Shown: positions 39,466 to 49,661, counted from the first letter of the stretch. The stretch is DNA of 64,000 nucleotides from Puniceicoccales bacterium (GCA_031270475.1 JAISXO010000018.1:105-64104); one strand, 5' to 3'. Numbers and translations are program-made. The notes: a model not told the origin generated them from the letters alone.

Positions 39466-41616
39466 TTAATGGGGCAACTCTAAGAATAATGACATGTTCG
39501 ATTCACTTCGACACTTTGGAAGTTGCACAGGTTTTGCAGCTCCTGCTGCCTCTCTCATTTTTAAAATAGTACGCGGTGACCGATGGATCGTAGCTTCGTC
39601 ATCGGAATGTCCCATATAGACTTCCGGCAAAGGTCCTCTCGTACTCATTTCCGAATATAATATCGGATACTGATTGGTCCTCACGATTTCGCCATTCATT
39701 AGCGCAAGATTTAAATTCCGAGATGGTAAAAATTTATCAAACAATTTCGCCTGAAAACCATTAGCTCCCGAACCAAAATGTAAATATACAATCAACGAAA
39801 TGCCTCCCAATCGAATCATCCCCATACCATCAGTATCAACATTTCTGGATTCTAGCATTCTCTGAAATTCCGGATCAAAATCAAAGGTGGATTCAATGGG
39901 GGAAGAGCAACAACAACAACAACAGCATAAATAACGTTTTAGACATTCCCAGCATCCACCAGGATTGCTTCCGCCGTTTCCAGCATTTAGCAAGTCAAAC
40001 GCCGTATCAACAAGGGAAATGATGTTAAAACGTCCCTGCGATGAGAACATAACCGTATTGCCATAAATATTATCGACAACTAGATCGAGTATGGCACAAG
40101 TTTCCTCATTGAGCTGAATTTCATGGGGAAATAGGTCACCACGACAAATTCTTTGAATGTCTTCCCAATCATAATCCAATAAAAAGGGAAGGTCCGTAAA
40201 ATGTGATTCCACGTCAATGCTATGCCTTTGACGATATAGATCGAGTGCCTTGTTGCATAAATCGACAACTCCCTCCGGATTAATCCGCTCATAGGTAAAA
40301 TGTTGATGTGCCAACAGATGTTTAATCTCATCCCAACAAATGATCAATTCCGGATTTTCAGGCAAAATCCAATGTTGATCATCATCCATATCAAAGGCAC
40401 TAGGATTAATGCATGCCTTAAGAAAATTAAATAAAAACATGCGATGATTATAGGCAATTTCCGAACAAATACCGCGATGCAATACATCTCTCGCCGAATC
40501 ACATGCCAAATATCCCAACGTTCTGTAGCCGTGTAAACAAGCCATCGTGACGACATCACGAAAAGCAAAATGATTAATCATATTTTCGTGACCAACAAAC
40601 GCATTGTAATTATCTACCGTTGTTTGATCGGCGGCAATACGTGGAGCTGATAGGAAATATCCAAAAAATCGTGGTGTTCTAATGTTATCGATAAACTCAG
40701 GAATCGCATCTTTAAATTGATTAATAATGAGTGGCAAAGCAATCTGCGCTAATCCGCCCCCCTGACTATGGCCCGTCACAACAAAACGAATATTACTCCG
40801 TTCATCTTCCGGGATTTGGTCTATGGCATTTTGAATACTTGTAAAAAGCGGATAAATAAAATCTAGATCCTCCCGCGATTGCAAAGGATTACTAATCTTG
40901 CCTTCGTCAACCATCGCTTCCAATACATCTCGAGACAAATTACAGGAGTTTATTTTAGCCAGGTAGCCCGCATGCACTGCTCCTTCAAATCCATACAACT
41001 CCGGATCGACTTCCATTGGGCTTGCATCATAATTTGTCGCCCAACTCGCACTAAATGCTCCCGATCCCGGCTGAAAATCTTCCCCTTGGCTCCCGCGAAA
41101 TACAGTAACGATGACGGGATATTGCCCATTCTTTAGAATAGCAACGTACCCTGCCAAATCGATTTCCGGAGAAAATCTCCCTAGCGTAAACATTTCCAAA
41201 GAGACATTTAACGCATTTCCGAGATGTGAACCTTCTCTAAGATTTCCATGTATACCGGTAAAATTTCGATCACAATTATACTCGTGATCGGTCTCCGAAA
41301 CATTAAATTCTTGATCGCCCGACAATAACAAACATTCATTGCGAAATTTGCCATTACCTTCCGAGTCTTTTTCCCGTTTCGTAATGGTATAACTACGCTT
41401 AATCAAATGTAGCAAATCGGGCTGCATTGCTCTAAACCACGATGCAACGTGAAATCCATCCCTATCTCTACGAACCAAGGAATGGGGAACTTCCATTTGC
41501 AACGACGACGCAGCATACGGCAATCTATCGCCAAATTCAAAATCGCTATCATTCGATGATCCACATCCCCACGCTCCCAGGCATGCCATCAATCCTATAC
41601 TAATCATTTCCTTCAT
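39466..41616 (-). CDS. Lipase class 3-like alpha/beta hydrolase lipoprotein with poly-Cys tract
   Basis: Starts near MKEMISIGLMACLGAWGCGSS (lipobox). The nucleophile elbow is FVVTGHSQGGGLAQIA. The C-terminal region has LCCCCCCCSS. Confidence 0.65.
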   Translation of the reverse strand: MKEMISIGLMACLGAWGCGSSNDSDFEFGDRLPYAASSLQMEVPHSLVRRDRDGFHVASWFRAMQPDLLHLIKRSYTITKREKDSEGNGKFRNECLLLSGDQEFNVSETDHEYNCDRNFTGIHGNLREGSHLGNALNVSLEMFTLGRFSPEIDLAGYVAILKNGQYPVIVTVFRGSQGEDFQPGSGAFSASWATNYDASPMEVDPELYGFEGAVHAGYLAKINSCNLSRDVLEAMVDEGKISNPLQSREDLDFIYPLFTSIQNAIDQIPEDERSNIRFVVTGHSQGGGLAQIALPLIINQFKDAIPEFIDNIRTPRFFGYFLSAPRIAADQTTVDNYNAFVGHENMINHFAFRDVVTMACLHGYRTLGYLACDSARDVLHRGICSEIAYNHRMFLFNFLKACINPSAFDMDDDQHWILPENPELIICWDEIKHLLAHQHFTYERINPEGVVDLCNKALDLYRQRHSIDVESHFTDLPFLLDYDWEDIQRICRGDLFPHEIQLNEETCAILDLVVDNIYGNTVMFSSQGRFNIISLVDTAFDLLNAGNGGSNPGGCWECLKRYLCCCCCCCSSPIESTFDFDPEFQRMLESRNVDTDGMGMIRLGGISLIVYLHFGSGANGFQAKLFDKFLPSRNLNLALMNGEIVRTNQYPILYSEMSTRGPLPEVYMGHSDDEATIHRSPRTILKMREAAGAAKPVQLPKCRSESNMSLFLELPH
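39907..39927 (-). repeat. Trinucleotide repeat encoding seven consecutive Cys
   Basis: The minus strand reads TGC TGT TGT TGT TGT TGT TGC, in frame with the lipase-like gene. Confidence 0.95.
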
Positions 41617-41960
41617 ATACATCCTTCTAATTGAATGACCTAAGCATAGCATGTGAATTTATTTTTACAACATATTTATGCAAAAAAATAAATATAAGAA
41701 AAACTTATTAAAATTATTAAAATATCCCCCATCTGAGTCATTGAGATACTTTTAATACAAATGCGATTGGCAAAAATTCGCCATTTATAAAATCATAAAA
41801 AACACGGAGTAATAGATATATTCAAACCGGTAAGCTCGAAAACATCTTCGAAACTTACCGGCCCAACAAGATAGAAAAGTATATATAAAACAAAAATACC
41901 GACACTATATGCCGTACCTTTCTGGATTACGGAAAACTTATCGAAATGCAAGAAAAAAAA

Positions 41961-42251
41961 TTATAATTTTGCAGTGATACAAGATCGGTGGATTTCTAGG
42001 ATAGTATGTTCGCTAACTTTTACTTCAAAACGGTCGGTTTTCACACTACGGATCTCGCCAAAAATGCCCGCTGCGGTTAGAACTTTGTCACCTGATTTCA
42101 GCATATTGATCATCTCCTCATGTTTTTTCTGTTTTTTCCGCTGAGGAGCAATGAGAATAAACCACATACCGAGGAACAAAAATAGCATGATAAACATTTC
42201 CATCCCCGGAGAACGCCCCGATACTTGTTCCACTGCTGTCGCTAAAAACAT
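41961..42251 (-). CDS. yajC: Preprotein translocase subunit YajC
   Basis: FLGMWFILIAPQRKKQKKHEEMINMLKSGDKVLTAAGIFGEIRSV is a YajC signature. The start is uncertain (the track ORF extends to 42311). Confidence 0.75.
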   Translation of the reverse strand: MFLATAVEQVSGRSPGMEMFIMLFLFLGMWFILIAPQRKKQKKHEEMINMLKSGDKVLTAAGIFGEIRSVKTDRFEVKVSEHTILEIHRSCITAKL

Positions 42252-42384
42252 GACCTCTATGAAATTACCTGCGTCCAAATTGCAAGTTTTCTTTTCCTTT
42301 TTCCGTTCCAACGATACAATGTAAAGATTTTAAATACCATAAAGTGTAATGAATAGATATTCGGTACCCAATGGGTAATTTTTA

Positions 42385-43023
42385 TCAATTTTTGAAAAAA
42401 TGGGCCTCGAGGGCCTGGCAAATGGCGTGGTAAACCGGCAAATGCAATTCTTGGATTTTAAATGTTTCTTCTTCAGGAACACAAATACACGCCGTACATA
42501 GGTCGCGCATCATACCACCGCTACGCCCAGTCAAACCAATTACTCGCAGGGTTTTCGCCCGAGCAATCTCTATCGCATGGATAATATTTCTTGAATTTCC
42601 CGAAGTCGATAGCGCCCATAGGACATCGTTTTCATTGCCCAAAGCGAGGACGAGCTGCGCAAAATTATATTCCCCATTGCGATCGTTTGCGTAGGCCGTG
42701 TGAAAAGAAACAAAATCCGGTAACGGAATCGCCGGCAACGCTCCCTCCAAATTTGGAACTATTTCCCGAGCGATTTTTGTGGCAATATTCCGAGGGATAA
42801 GCCTTTTTTTACAGAAACTTTTCAATAGCTCTCCCGAAATATGTCCCGCATCGGCCGCACTGCCCCCATTACCGGCAAGCAACAATTTTCCACCATTTTC
42901 AAAGGAAGCGACCAAAATATCGTACGCTCGCATAATCGTGTCGCGGCAAATACTCAATTGCGGATAGCGTTCCCATAAGAGTTCCAAGGCATTCATAGGT
43001 TCACTAGATTGTAAAATTTTCAA
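42385..43023 (-). CDS. gmhA: SIS-domain phosphoheptose isomerase (GmhA-like)
   Basis: GGKLLLAGNGGSAADAGHISGEL and LWALSTSGNSRNIIHAIEIARAKTLRVIGLTG. Confidence 0.8.
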   Translation of the reverse strand: MKILQSSEPMNALELLWERYPQLSICRDTIMRAYDILVASFENGGKLLLAGNGGSAADAGHISGELLKSFCKKRLIPRNIATKIAREIVPNLEGALPAIPLPDFVSFHTAYANDRNGEYNFAQLVLALGNENDVLWALSTSGNSRNIIHAIEIARAKTLRVIGLTGRSGGMMRDLCTACICVPEEETFKIQELHLPVYHAICQALEAHFFKN

Positions 43024-43090
43024 AACATACGAGAAAATAATATTGTTACCTTGAAAAATATCACCGAATGCTTAGGTAGATTACACTTCT

Positions 43091-44194
43091 ATGGTTTTCT
43101 TTGACAAAGCATTTGGACAGATACTCCACAATCTCACGGAATTAGTAGAAGTATTGAAACGGATGTGTTTGGCTTTTTCCGTATCATTTTTAGTGGCAGC
43201 CCTCTCCGCTCCAGTAGTGATCAAATATCTCAAAAAATTAAAATTGGAACAAGTTTTACGCGATCCCAAAGAAGTCCGCGATCTCGCCAAACTCCATAGC
43301 CCCAAAGAACACACGCCGACCATGGGAGGGATGATAATCGTCGCGGCAACGCTGGTCGGAACCGCCATCGCCGTGCACTGGAATAGGCAAGTTATCATTG
43401 CACTTTGCAGCTATCTTCTCTGTGCCACCATGGGTTTTATCGATGACTTCGCTAAAATTCGCGCTAAAAATACCAAGGGAATTCCTGGACGCATCAAATT
43501 ATTGATCCAGCTCCTTATTTCCGTCGGAATCATTGGAGCGCTATACCACGTGCCGAATCTTTGGGAACCATACACAACCATGCCCATTCCCTTTACCGGT
43601 AGGAATTTCACCATTTCATCCCCTGTTTTACTCGCTATTTTTCTTTTTTTCGTCCTTGCTGGTACCAGTAATTCCGTCAATTTGACGGACGGGCTCGATG
43701 GACTTGCAACGGGTTGCGCCATTCCGGTTTTATTGTTTTTGGCCACGGTAGCTATTCTTTCGAGCAATGCGTATACGGCGCCATTCATATCTCGCGTAGC
43801 CATTTCTGGGAATGGCGAGTTGGCGGTCATTTGTGCTGCGACCATGGGGGCTCTGGTTGTATTCTTGTGGTATAATTCCTATCCAGCAGCAATTTTCATG
43901 GGCGATATGGGCTCACTTTCCCTTGGGGCTCTGATCGGAATTATTGCATTTTTGACGAATCATTCGCTCCATCTCGTTGTTGCGGGCGGTATTTTTGTAA
44001 TCGAAGCTCTATCGGATATTTTGCAAGTTTTTTCCTACAAATTTTGCAATAAGCGGCGCATTTTTAGGATGGCGCCCATCCACCATCATTTTGAACTATC
44101 GGGATATCACGAGACGAAAATCACAATGCGTTTCTGGCTCATCAGCGGTTTTTTCTCATTAGCCGGATGTATGGGATTACATGCGTTTTTTTAA
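43091..44194 (+). CDS. mraY: Phospho-N-acetylmuramoyl-pentapeptide transferase
   Basis: Motifs present: HTPTMGGMI, NSVNLTDGLDGLATG, FMGDMGSLSLGALIG and APIHHHFEL. The start may instead be the internal Met at 43163. Confidence 0.9.
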   Translation: MVFFDKAFGQILHNLTELVEVLKRMCLAFSVSFLVAALSAPVVIKYLKKLKLEQVLRDPKEVRDLAKLHSPKEHTPTMGGMIIVAATLVGTAIAVHWNRQVIIALCSYLLCATMGFIDDFAKIRAKNTKGIPGRIKLLIQLLISVGIIGALYHVPNLWEPYTTMPIPFTGRNFTISSPVLLAIFLFFVLAGTSNSVNLTDGLDGLATGCAIPVLLFLATVAILSSNAYTAPFISRVAISGNGELAVICAATMGALVVFLWYNSYPAAIFMGDMGSLSLGALIGIIAFLTNHSLHLVVAGGIFVIEALSDILQVFSYKFCNKRRIFRMAPIHHHFELSGYHETKITMRFWLISGFFSLAGCMGLHAFF

Positions 44195-44418
44195 TGAATA
44201 AGTAACTTTTTAATAGAAAAATTAACCGTTGACACAAGCAAGAATCATAACAGAGATCTATGTTTGTTATGCGTCTAATCTTTGACTGGCGGTTTCTCTC
44301 CGATTTTACGGTCGATCAATTGAGAAACAAATGCTTATTTTCCCATTGCAAAAAGGTCGAGTTCCCAGCAAATGGCGGGTAGTATTGTTGTTGTTTTAAA
44401 AAAAATTAGAGAAATATT

Positions 44419-46257
44419 ATGTGCGGAATTATCGGATATATCGGTCAAAAGAAAGCCAATAGTATTCTAATTGACGGTTTGAAGCGCATGGAATACCGGG
44501 GATACGATTCTGCAGGAATTGCTGTTTTGGATAAAGGAGCGATTTGTACACTCAAACGCGTTGGAAAAGTTGCAGAACTTGCTAAGGCTCAAACTAAATT
44601 TTCCCATCGCAGCCATATCGGCATCGGCCATACCCGCTGGGCAACCCACGGCAATGTTTCCGAACGCAACGCCCATCCCCATCTCAGTGATGGCAGTAGC
44701 TTCGCGGTTGTTCACAATGGTATCATCGAGAATTACCTACAAATCAAGACCTTCCTTAGCGAAAAAAAATACTGCTTCACCTCCGATACGGATACGGAAG
44801 TTCTCGCCAATCTTATCGACTACCACTACCAAAAGGCACCCTATTTACATTTTGCAGAAATCGTTCGCAAAACGCTATTGCACATCGAAGGTACCTACGG
44901 AATTGCTGTAATTAGTAAAATTTTCACCGATGAAGTTGTAATTGCACGTAAAAGTTCGCCACTATTAATCGGCCTCGGTAACGGCGAAAACATTATTGCC
45001 AGCGACGCCGCCGCCGTTGCTCGTTATACCAAGCGTGTTGTTTATTTGAATGACGGTGAAGTTGCTTCCGTACGTTCTGACAATTTTTCAATCACGACAC
45101 TCCACGAAAATGCGGTCGATGTGGTTTGCCACGAACTCGATTGGGAAGTTCGCGACATGGACCTCGAAGGGTACCCACACTATATGTTGAAGGAAATTTT
45201 TGAACAGCCTTACGTCATCGAAAATGCTATGCGCGGACGTTTCACGGCAGATAGTTGCTCGGCAAAATTCGGAGGTATTTCGCTAACACCTCAGGACCTA
45301 CGCATGGTTGATCGCCTTCTTTTTTGTGCCTGTGGCAGCGCTTATCACGCATGTTTGGTGGGAAAATATCTCATTGAAAAATATGCACGCATTCCCGTAG
45401 ATGTCGAGTATGCCTCGGAGTTCCGCTATCGCAATACCCCTTTACAGCGCAATACGCTCGTTTTCGTCGTAAGCCAATCCGGAGAAACCATCGATACATT
45501 GGCCGCACTCCATGAAGCCAAACGCCGGGGACACATGGTTTTAGGAATTACCAATGTCGTCGGATCGACGATCGCACGCGCGACGGATGCCGGAATTTAT
45601 CAGCACGCAGGACTCGAAATGGGCGTCGCTTCAACGAAGGCCTTTACCTCCCAAATTACCATTTTATCAATGCTAGCATTGTTACTGGCCCGGATACATG
45701 ACATGGACGCAATTTCCGGCTTACAATATGTACAGGCGCTAAAGTCATTGCCAACCATTACGGGCGAGATATTAAAATTATCCGATCCGATCCGATCGAT
45801 TGCAGAAAAATATTATGAATACGAGCGATTTTTATTTCTAGGTCGTCAGACAATGTATCCGATTGCCCTAGAAGGAGCATTAAAATTGAAAGAAATCGCC
45901 TATGTTCACGCGGAAGCATTTCCAACGGCGGAAATGAAACATGGTCCCATTGCACTCATCTCCGAGGAAACCGTTTGCATATTTATCGCGACGCAAAACG
46001 ATCTATTAGATAAAACAATGAATAATATACAGGAAGTGAAAGCGCGCGGTGGAAAAGTAATCGCAATTGTTAATAATGATTGTATCGCCTGGGAAGTATT
46101 TTGCGACAAAGTCATCACCATTCCTGAAGTACATCCGGGGATTAATCCCATTGTTGCAGTTATTCCTTTACAATTTCTCGCCTATTACGTCGGAATATTG
46201 CGGGGTTGTGACGTCGATCGCCCCCGTAATTTAGCTAAATCCGTCACCGTAGAATAA
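44419..46257 (+). CDS. glmS: Glutamine--fructose-6-phosphate aminotransferase
   Basis: 612 aa. N-terminal MCGIIGYIG nucleophile, two SIS domains, and a C-terminal LAKSVTVE. Confidence 0.96.
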   Translation: MCGIIGYIGQKKANSILIDGLKRMEYRGYDSAGIAVLDKGAICTLKRVGKVAELAKAQTKFSHRSHIGIGHTRWATHGNVSERNAHPHLSDGSSFAVVHNGIIENYLQIKTFLSEKKYCFTSDTDTEVLANLIDYHYQKAPYLHFAEIVRKTLLHIEGTYGIAVISKIFTDEVVIARKSSPLLIGLGNGENIIASDAAAVARYTKRVVYLNDGEVASVRSDNFSITTLHENAVDVVCHELDWEVRDMDLEGYPHYMLKEIFEQPYVIENAMRGRFTADSCSAKFGGISLTPQDLRMVDRLLFCACGSAYHACLVGKYLIEKYARIPVDVEYASEFRYRNTPLQRNTLVFVVSQSGETIDTLAALHEAKRRGHMVLGITNVVGSTIARATDAGIYQHAGLEMGVASTKAFTSQITILSMLALLLARIHDMDAISGLQYVQALKSLPTITGEILKLSDPIRSIAEKYYEYERFLFLGRQTMYPIALEGALKLKEIAYVHAEAFPTAEMKHGPIALISEETVCIFIATQNDLLDKTMNNIQEVKARGGKVIAIVNNDCIAWEVFCDKVITIPEVHPGINPIVAVIPLQFLAYYVGILRGCDVDRPRNLAKSVTVE

Positions 46258-46418
46258 ATTGAGCCTCCAATAAATTTAAAAAATTCATAACTCTTCCAGA
46301 GATATTAATTTAATTTTTTTGTTTTGTGAAAATTTTATATTTTTATCATTGCAATGGGAGAAAATTTTTATAGACATTTTCCGCTTGCTAGAAAATTTAA
46401 TTTCGACAGAATAGGAAT

Positions 46419-46874
46419 ATGGTTTATGTTGATTTGGTTGGGATTTCTATTTCTGATATTGTTTTCTCTAGCGGAGCTTCTTCCCTAATTGTGCAAAATA
46501 ATGCTAATGGAAAAAAGTTCTTGATTCATGTTTCAAGCGAAACCGGCGCTCTTCTCCGCAATCTATTGAAAAAACAAACTTCTAAACGCCCCCATACGTT
46601 TACGTTGCTTTCGAATTGTATCACGTCACTCGGTGCTACTATTCAAACCATTGTCATCGACGATACCTTTGAAGGTGTCTTTTTTGCGAAAATTATCCTG
46701 AATAACAAAGGCACAAGCTTGTGTCTCGATGCCCGTCCAAGTGACGCTATCGCACTCGCAATCGTCAATAGCCTCCCCATCCTCGCTACCTCAACACTGA
46801 TCGAAAAACTCTCCTGGATTGACGCTATCCCATCCGATATCCAAACGCCCAATACTTCTTTCCTTTGCCGCTAA
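46419..46874 (+). CDS. Bifunctional-nuclease (DUF151/BFN) domain protein
   Basis: GVFFAKIILNNKGTSLCLDARPSDAIALAIVNSLPILAT matches the DUF151 core motif DARPSDAIALA. Confidence 0.7.
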   Translation: MVYVDLVGISISDIVFSSGASSLIVQNNANGKKFLIHVSSETGALLRNLLKKQTSKRPHTFTLLSNCITSLGATIQTIVIDDTFEGVFFAKIILNNKGTSLCLDARPSDAIALAIVNSLPILATSTLIEKLSWIDAIPSDIQTPNTSFLCR

Positions 46875-46933
46875 AATACAGCTAATTTTAAAACAAATGA
46901 CCGTTTTTCATTCGAAACGTAAGGACGGTTGTA

Positions 46934-47006
46934 TGTGCACCCATAGGAGATGAAATCTCCTTAACCTTCTTCGAAGGTTTTGCGGTTTACCGCAAATGGG
47001 TGCACA
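46934..47006 (+). ncRNA. Candidate structured RNA/DNA element: 73-nt four-way junction (not a tRNA)
   Basis: A perfect 11-bp closing stem (46934-46944 with 46996-47006) encloses three hairpins: GGAGA-TGAAA-TCTCC (46946-46960), CCTTC-TTC-GAAGG (46965-46977) and GCGG-TTTA-CCGC (46982-46993). Confidence 0.3.
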
Positions 47007-47053
47007 AAATGCTATTTACAACCCCGGGATTATTCCCATAGGATATTACTCCG

Positions 47054-48346
47054 ATGACGGAATTTTTTGAGACCTGTCGGATGGGATCGGGGCCACTGGC
47101 GGTACGAATGCGGCCGCGCAATCTCGATGAAATCATTGGACAAGACGTACTTTTACAATCACCTTTTATCGATCTCGTACGCAATCAATCGCTAGGGAGT
47201 TTAATTTTATACGGTCCACCGGGCAGTGGAAAAACATCCATTGCAGAAGCGATAGCCAATGAAGAAAATCTCCGATTTATCAAAATCAACGCCGTTTTGT
47301 CGAATGTAACCGAATTGCGGGATGTTTTAAAATCAGCCCAATACGATCCTTCGTTGCGCACCATTTTATTTATCGACGAGATTCATCGCTTCAACAAATC
47401 GCAGCAGGACCTTTTACTCCCCGACGTAGAAGCGGGAACGATTCAGTTGATTGGTGCGACTACGCACAATCCGGGATTTTACATTATCAATCCTCTACTC
47501 AGTCGCTGTCGATTGATCGAGTTAGAGCCATTATCGAACGAGGCGATCATCATGATTTTAAAGAACGCCCTTGAAGATAAGGAACGCGGGTTAGGGACTA
47601 TGAATTGTGCATTGGAGGAGGAGGCTTTGCATCTGATTGCGGAACAATGCAATGGAGATTCACGGAAGGCGCTCAATGTTTTGGAATCGATTGTACTCAA
47701 TACGCCAACGGGGACATTCGTTACGGTTGAGCGGGCTGGAAAATTTCTATTTAAGCAACAGCTCGTATACGATGCCGACGAAGACGGGCATTACGACACG
47801 ATTTCCGCATACATAAAAAGTATTCGTGGGTGCGATCCGGATGCAGCGATATACTGGTTAGCGGTGATGTTAGAGGGCGGAGAAGACCCTCGATTCATTG
47901 CACGTCGGTTGTTGATTATTGCATCGGAAGACATTGGATTAGCGGATTCACGGGCAATACTGATTGCCGATGCATGTTTTGATGCCTGTGAGCGGTTGGG
48001 ATTGCCGGAATGTCGCTTGAGTTTAGCACACGCGACGGTATTTTGTGCATTAGCGCCAAAGAGCAATTCGACGTATCTAGCGCTTGGGGCCGCGACGGCT
48101 TACATTAAAAAGCATGGGAAAGAGGCCGTACCGATTTGGCTACGCGATGGACATGGCGCAGCTGCCAAAAAACTCCAACACGGGAAATACTACCAATATA
48201 GCCACGATTTCGATCAAAACATTTCCGGCCAAACGTATATGTTGACGCCCAAAAAATTCTACGAGCCGAAGGCAATTGGCGCCGAAAAAGTCTTAGCGGA
48301 ACACTATCGCGAATTGCAGGGTCTCAGAAAAAACCGAGAAAAATAG
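47054..48346 (+). CDS. rarA: Replication-associated recombination protein A (AAA+ ATPase)
   Basis: LAVRMRPRNLDEIIGQD, LILYGPPGSGKTSIAEAIA, ILFIDEIHRFNKSQQD and a MgsA C-terminal domain (DPDAAIYWLAVMLEGGEDPRFIARRL). Confidence 0.9.
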   Translation: MTEFFETCRMGSGPLAVRMRPRNLDEIIGQDVLLQSPFIDLVRNQSLGSLILYGPPGSGKTSIAEAIANEENLRFIKINAVLSNVTELRDVLKSAQYDPSLRTILFIDEIHRFNKSQQDLLLPDVEAGTIQLIGATTHNPGFYIINPLLSRCRLIELEPLSNEAIIMILKNALEDKERGLGTMNCALEEEALHLIAEQCNGDSRKALNVLESIVLNTPTGTFVTVERAGKFLFKQQLVYDADEDGHYDTISAYIKSIRGCDPDAAIYWLAVMLEGGEDPRFIARRLLIIASEDIGLADSRAILIADACFDACERLGLPECRLSLAHATVFCALAPKSNSTYLALGAATAYIKKHGKEAVPIWLRDGHGAAAKKLQHGKYYQYSHDFDQNISGQTYMLTPKKFYEPKAIGAEKVLAEHYRELQGLRKNREK

Positions 48347-48570
48347 TGCGATTCGTGATCATCATTTAATCCCAAAATATCCATTGCGTAAACGTTCTTT
48401 GGCCATTCAATTCAATTGATTAAAATAAGTTTAAAAAACATTCAACATGTAACAATAATTTAATAGCCTAAGTACATCTTTAGATAAAAAAATGTGTAGC
48501 GTGAATATATCAAAAAATAAACAGATGCTAAAGTATATCGCATATGTTAGCTCCTTTTTCGGAAGCTGTT

Positions 48571-49323
48571 AAGCCTTAAGACAATTTGAGCCATCCCTAA
48601 AAGCAATACAGATATTGCTCGCTTCCACTAATATTCACGTTAATCTGCCAGATAAGCAGGGAGAAACGCTATTGGTTGTTTTCGAACGGGCGGGAACGTC
48701 TCGAAAAAATAAAGAGTATGTTACTTGATGCTGGTGCACAGGAAACCGCCGATATACCGGAAGCCGAAGCCCCAATAGAAGAAGACACTGATGTATTGGA
48801 AGAAAAAGACGATGAAATGTCATCACTTCATGATCTATGTGATAGGAACCCATCCGATTTCGATTTCTCCAAAATAATACCGTTAATCAGAAACGGCACG
48901 CTGTTCGAGCAAGTAGATGAAGAAAAACAAATGAAATTGCAACAAATGCTTAATCAAGCGCGCGATCAATATGGGAATTCGCTTTTACATCGAGTTATAA
49001 TAATGGAATCGGTTCCCCTATTAAAAACATTGGTTGATTTTGGTCTCGACGTTAATATGAAAGGAAGGCAATCCCGTACACCTTTACACGGAATTTTAAT
49101 GCATCGTAATCCATCGCTAGAAATAATATCGACATTGCTTAGCGTTCCTGATATCGCGGTTAACTTGCCAGATGAAAATAACGAAACTCCATTAGCTCTC
49201 TATAGGAGAATGCAAAGTCTTTATAGGCAAACGCAAGATTCCCCTAATCAGAAAGAAATAGACGATCAGAAAAATAGAGTTCCTATTGCTTGATGCTGGC
49301 GCACAGGACTACTAAGGAGTGGT
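48571..49323 (+). pseudogene. Ankyrin-repeat gene, apparently disrupted (track ORF 48676..49293 is its largest piece)
   Basis: ANK motifs appear in three frames. Upstream there is ILLASTNIHVNLPDKQGETLLVVFERAG, then a stop. The main ORF begins mid-repeat (KIKSMLLDAGAQE) and contains GNSLLHRVI...GLDVNMKGRQSRTPLHG...VNLPDENNETPLAL. Just past its stop, another frame reads LLDAGAQDY. Confidence 0.5.
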
Positions 49324-49341
49324 CCAAAAAACATTACCGAA

Positions 49342-49371
49342 AAAAGCATTTCGTCCATAGAATGCTTTTTA
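49342..49371 (+). terminator. Intrinsic terminator hairpin
   Basis: AAAAGCATT / AATGCTTTT stem with a 10-nt loop and a T-run. Confidence 0.5.
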
Positions 49372-49561
49372 TCTACACTTTTCATTACGACTTTAATCGC
49401 AATACTTTCGGTCCAGAATATATGTCAGACTAAAAGAAATTTACATTGTAATTGTAAAACTTTTAATAAAAATGGGCCATGCCAACAGAATCGTTCCCAT
49501 GCAACGCCCCTGACCTAGATGGGCCTCCGAAAGCTAACACTAGGAAGAGATGTGGATTTAT

Positions 49562-49660
49562 CGATTGTCGTTAGCCAACCATGCCCAGGAATCGCGTCTC
49601 ATCGGGCAGCGCATATAACTTTTCTCAGATACTCTTTTATTGGTATTCCGTTGGAAAATA
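49562..49660 (-). repeat. Degenerate duplicate of the 3' part of the MBL-fold gene, placed just after its stop
   Basis: 49562-49636 matches 49706-49785 (offset 144 bp), which encodes ...REKLYALSDETQVIPGHGWLTTI. The two differ by a 4-nt indel and a few substitutions. Weaker similarity continues to about 49660. Confidence 0.8.
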
Positions 49661-49661
49661 G

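Noticed and set aside
44195-44418. Possible glmS ribozyme or riboswitch in the 224-nt leader upstream of glmS
   Set aside because: I could not find the conserved glmS-ribozyme core sequences or a convincing pseudoknotted fold by eye. The region is AT-rich with only weak local pairing.
46934-47006. Possibility that the 73-nt cloverleaf is a tRNA gene
   Set aside because: The three loops are only 5, 3 and 4 nt and the outer stem is 11 bp. No 7-nt anticodon loop, GG D-loop or TTCRA T-loop can be placed. It is kept only as an unclassified structured-element candidate.
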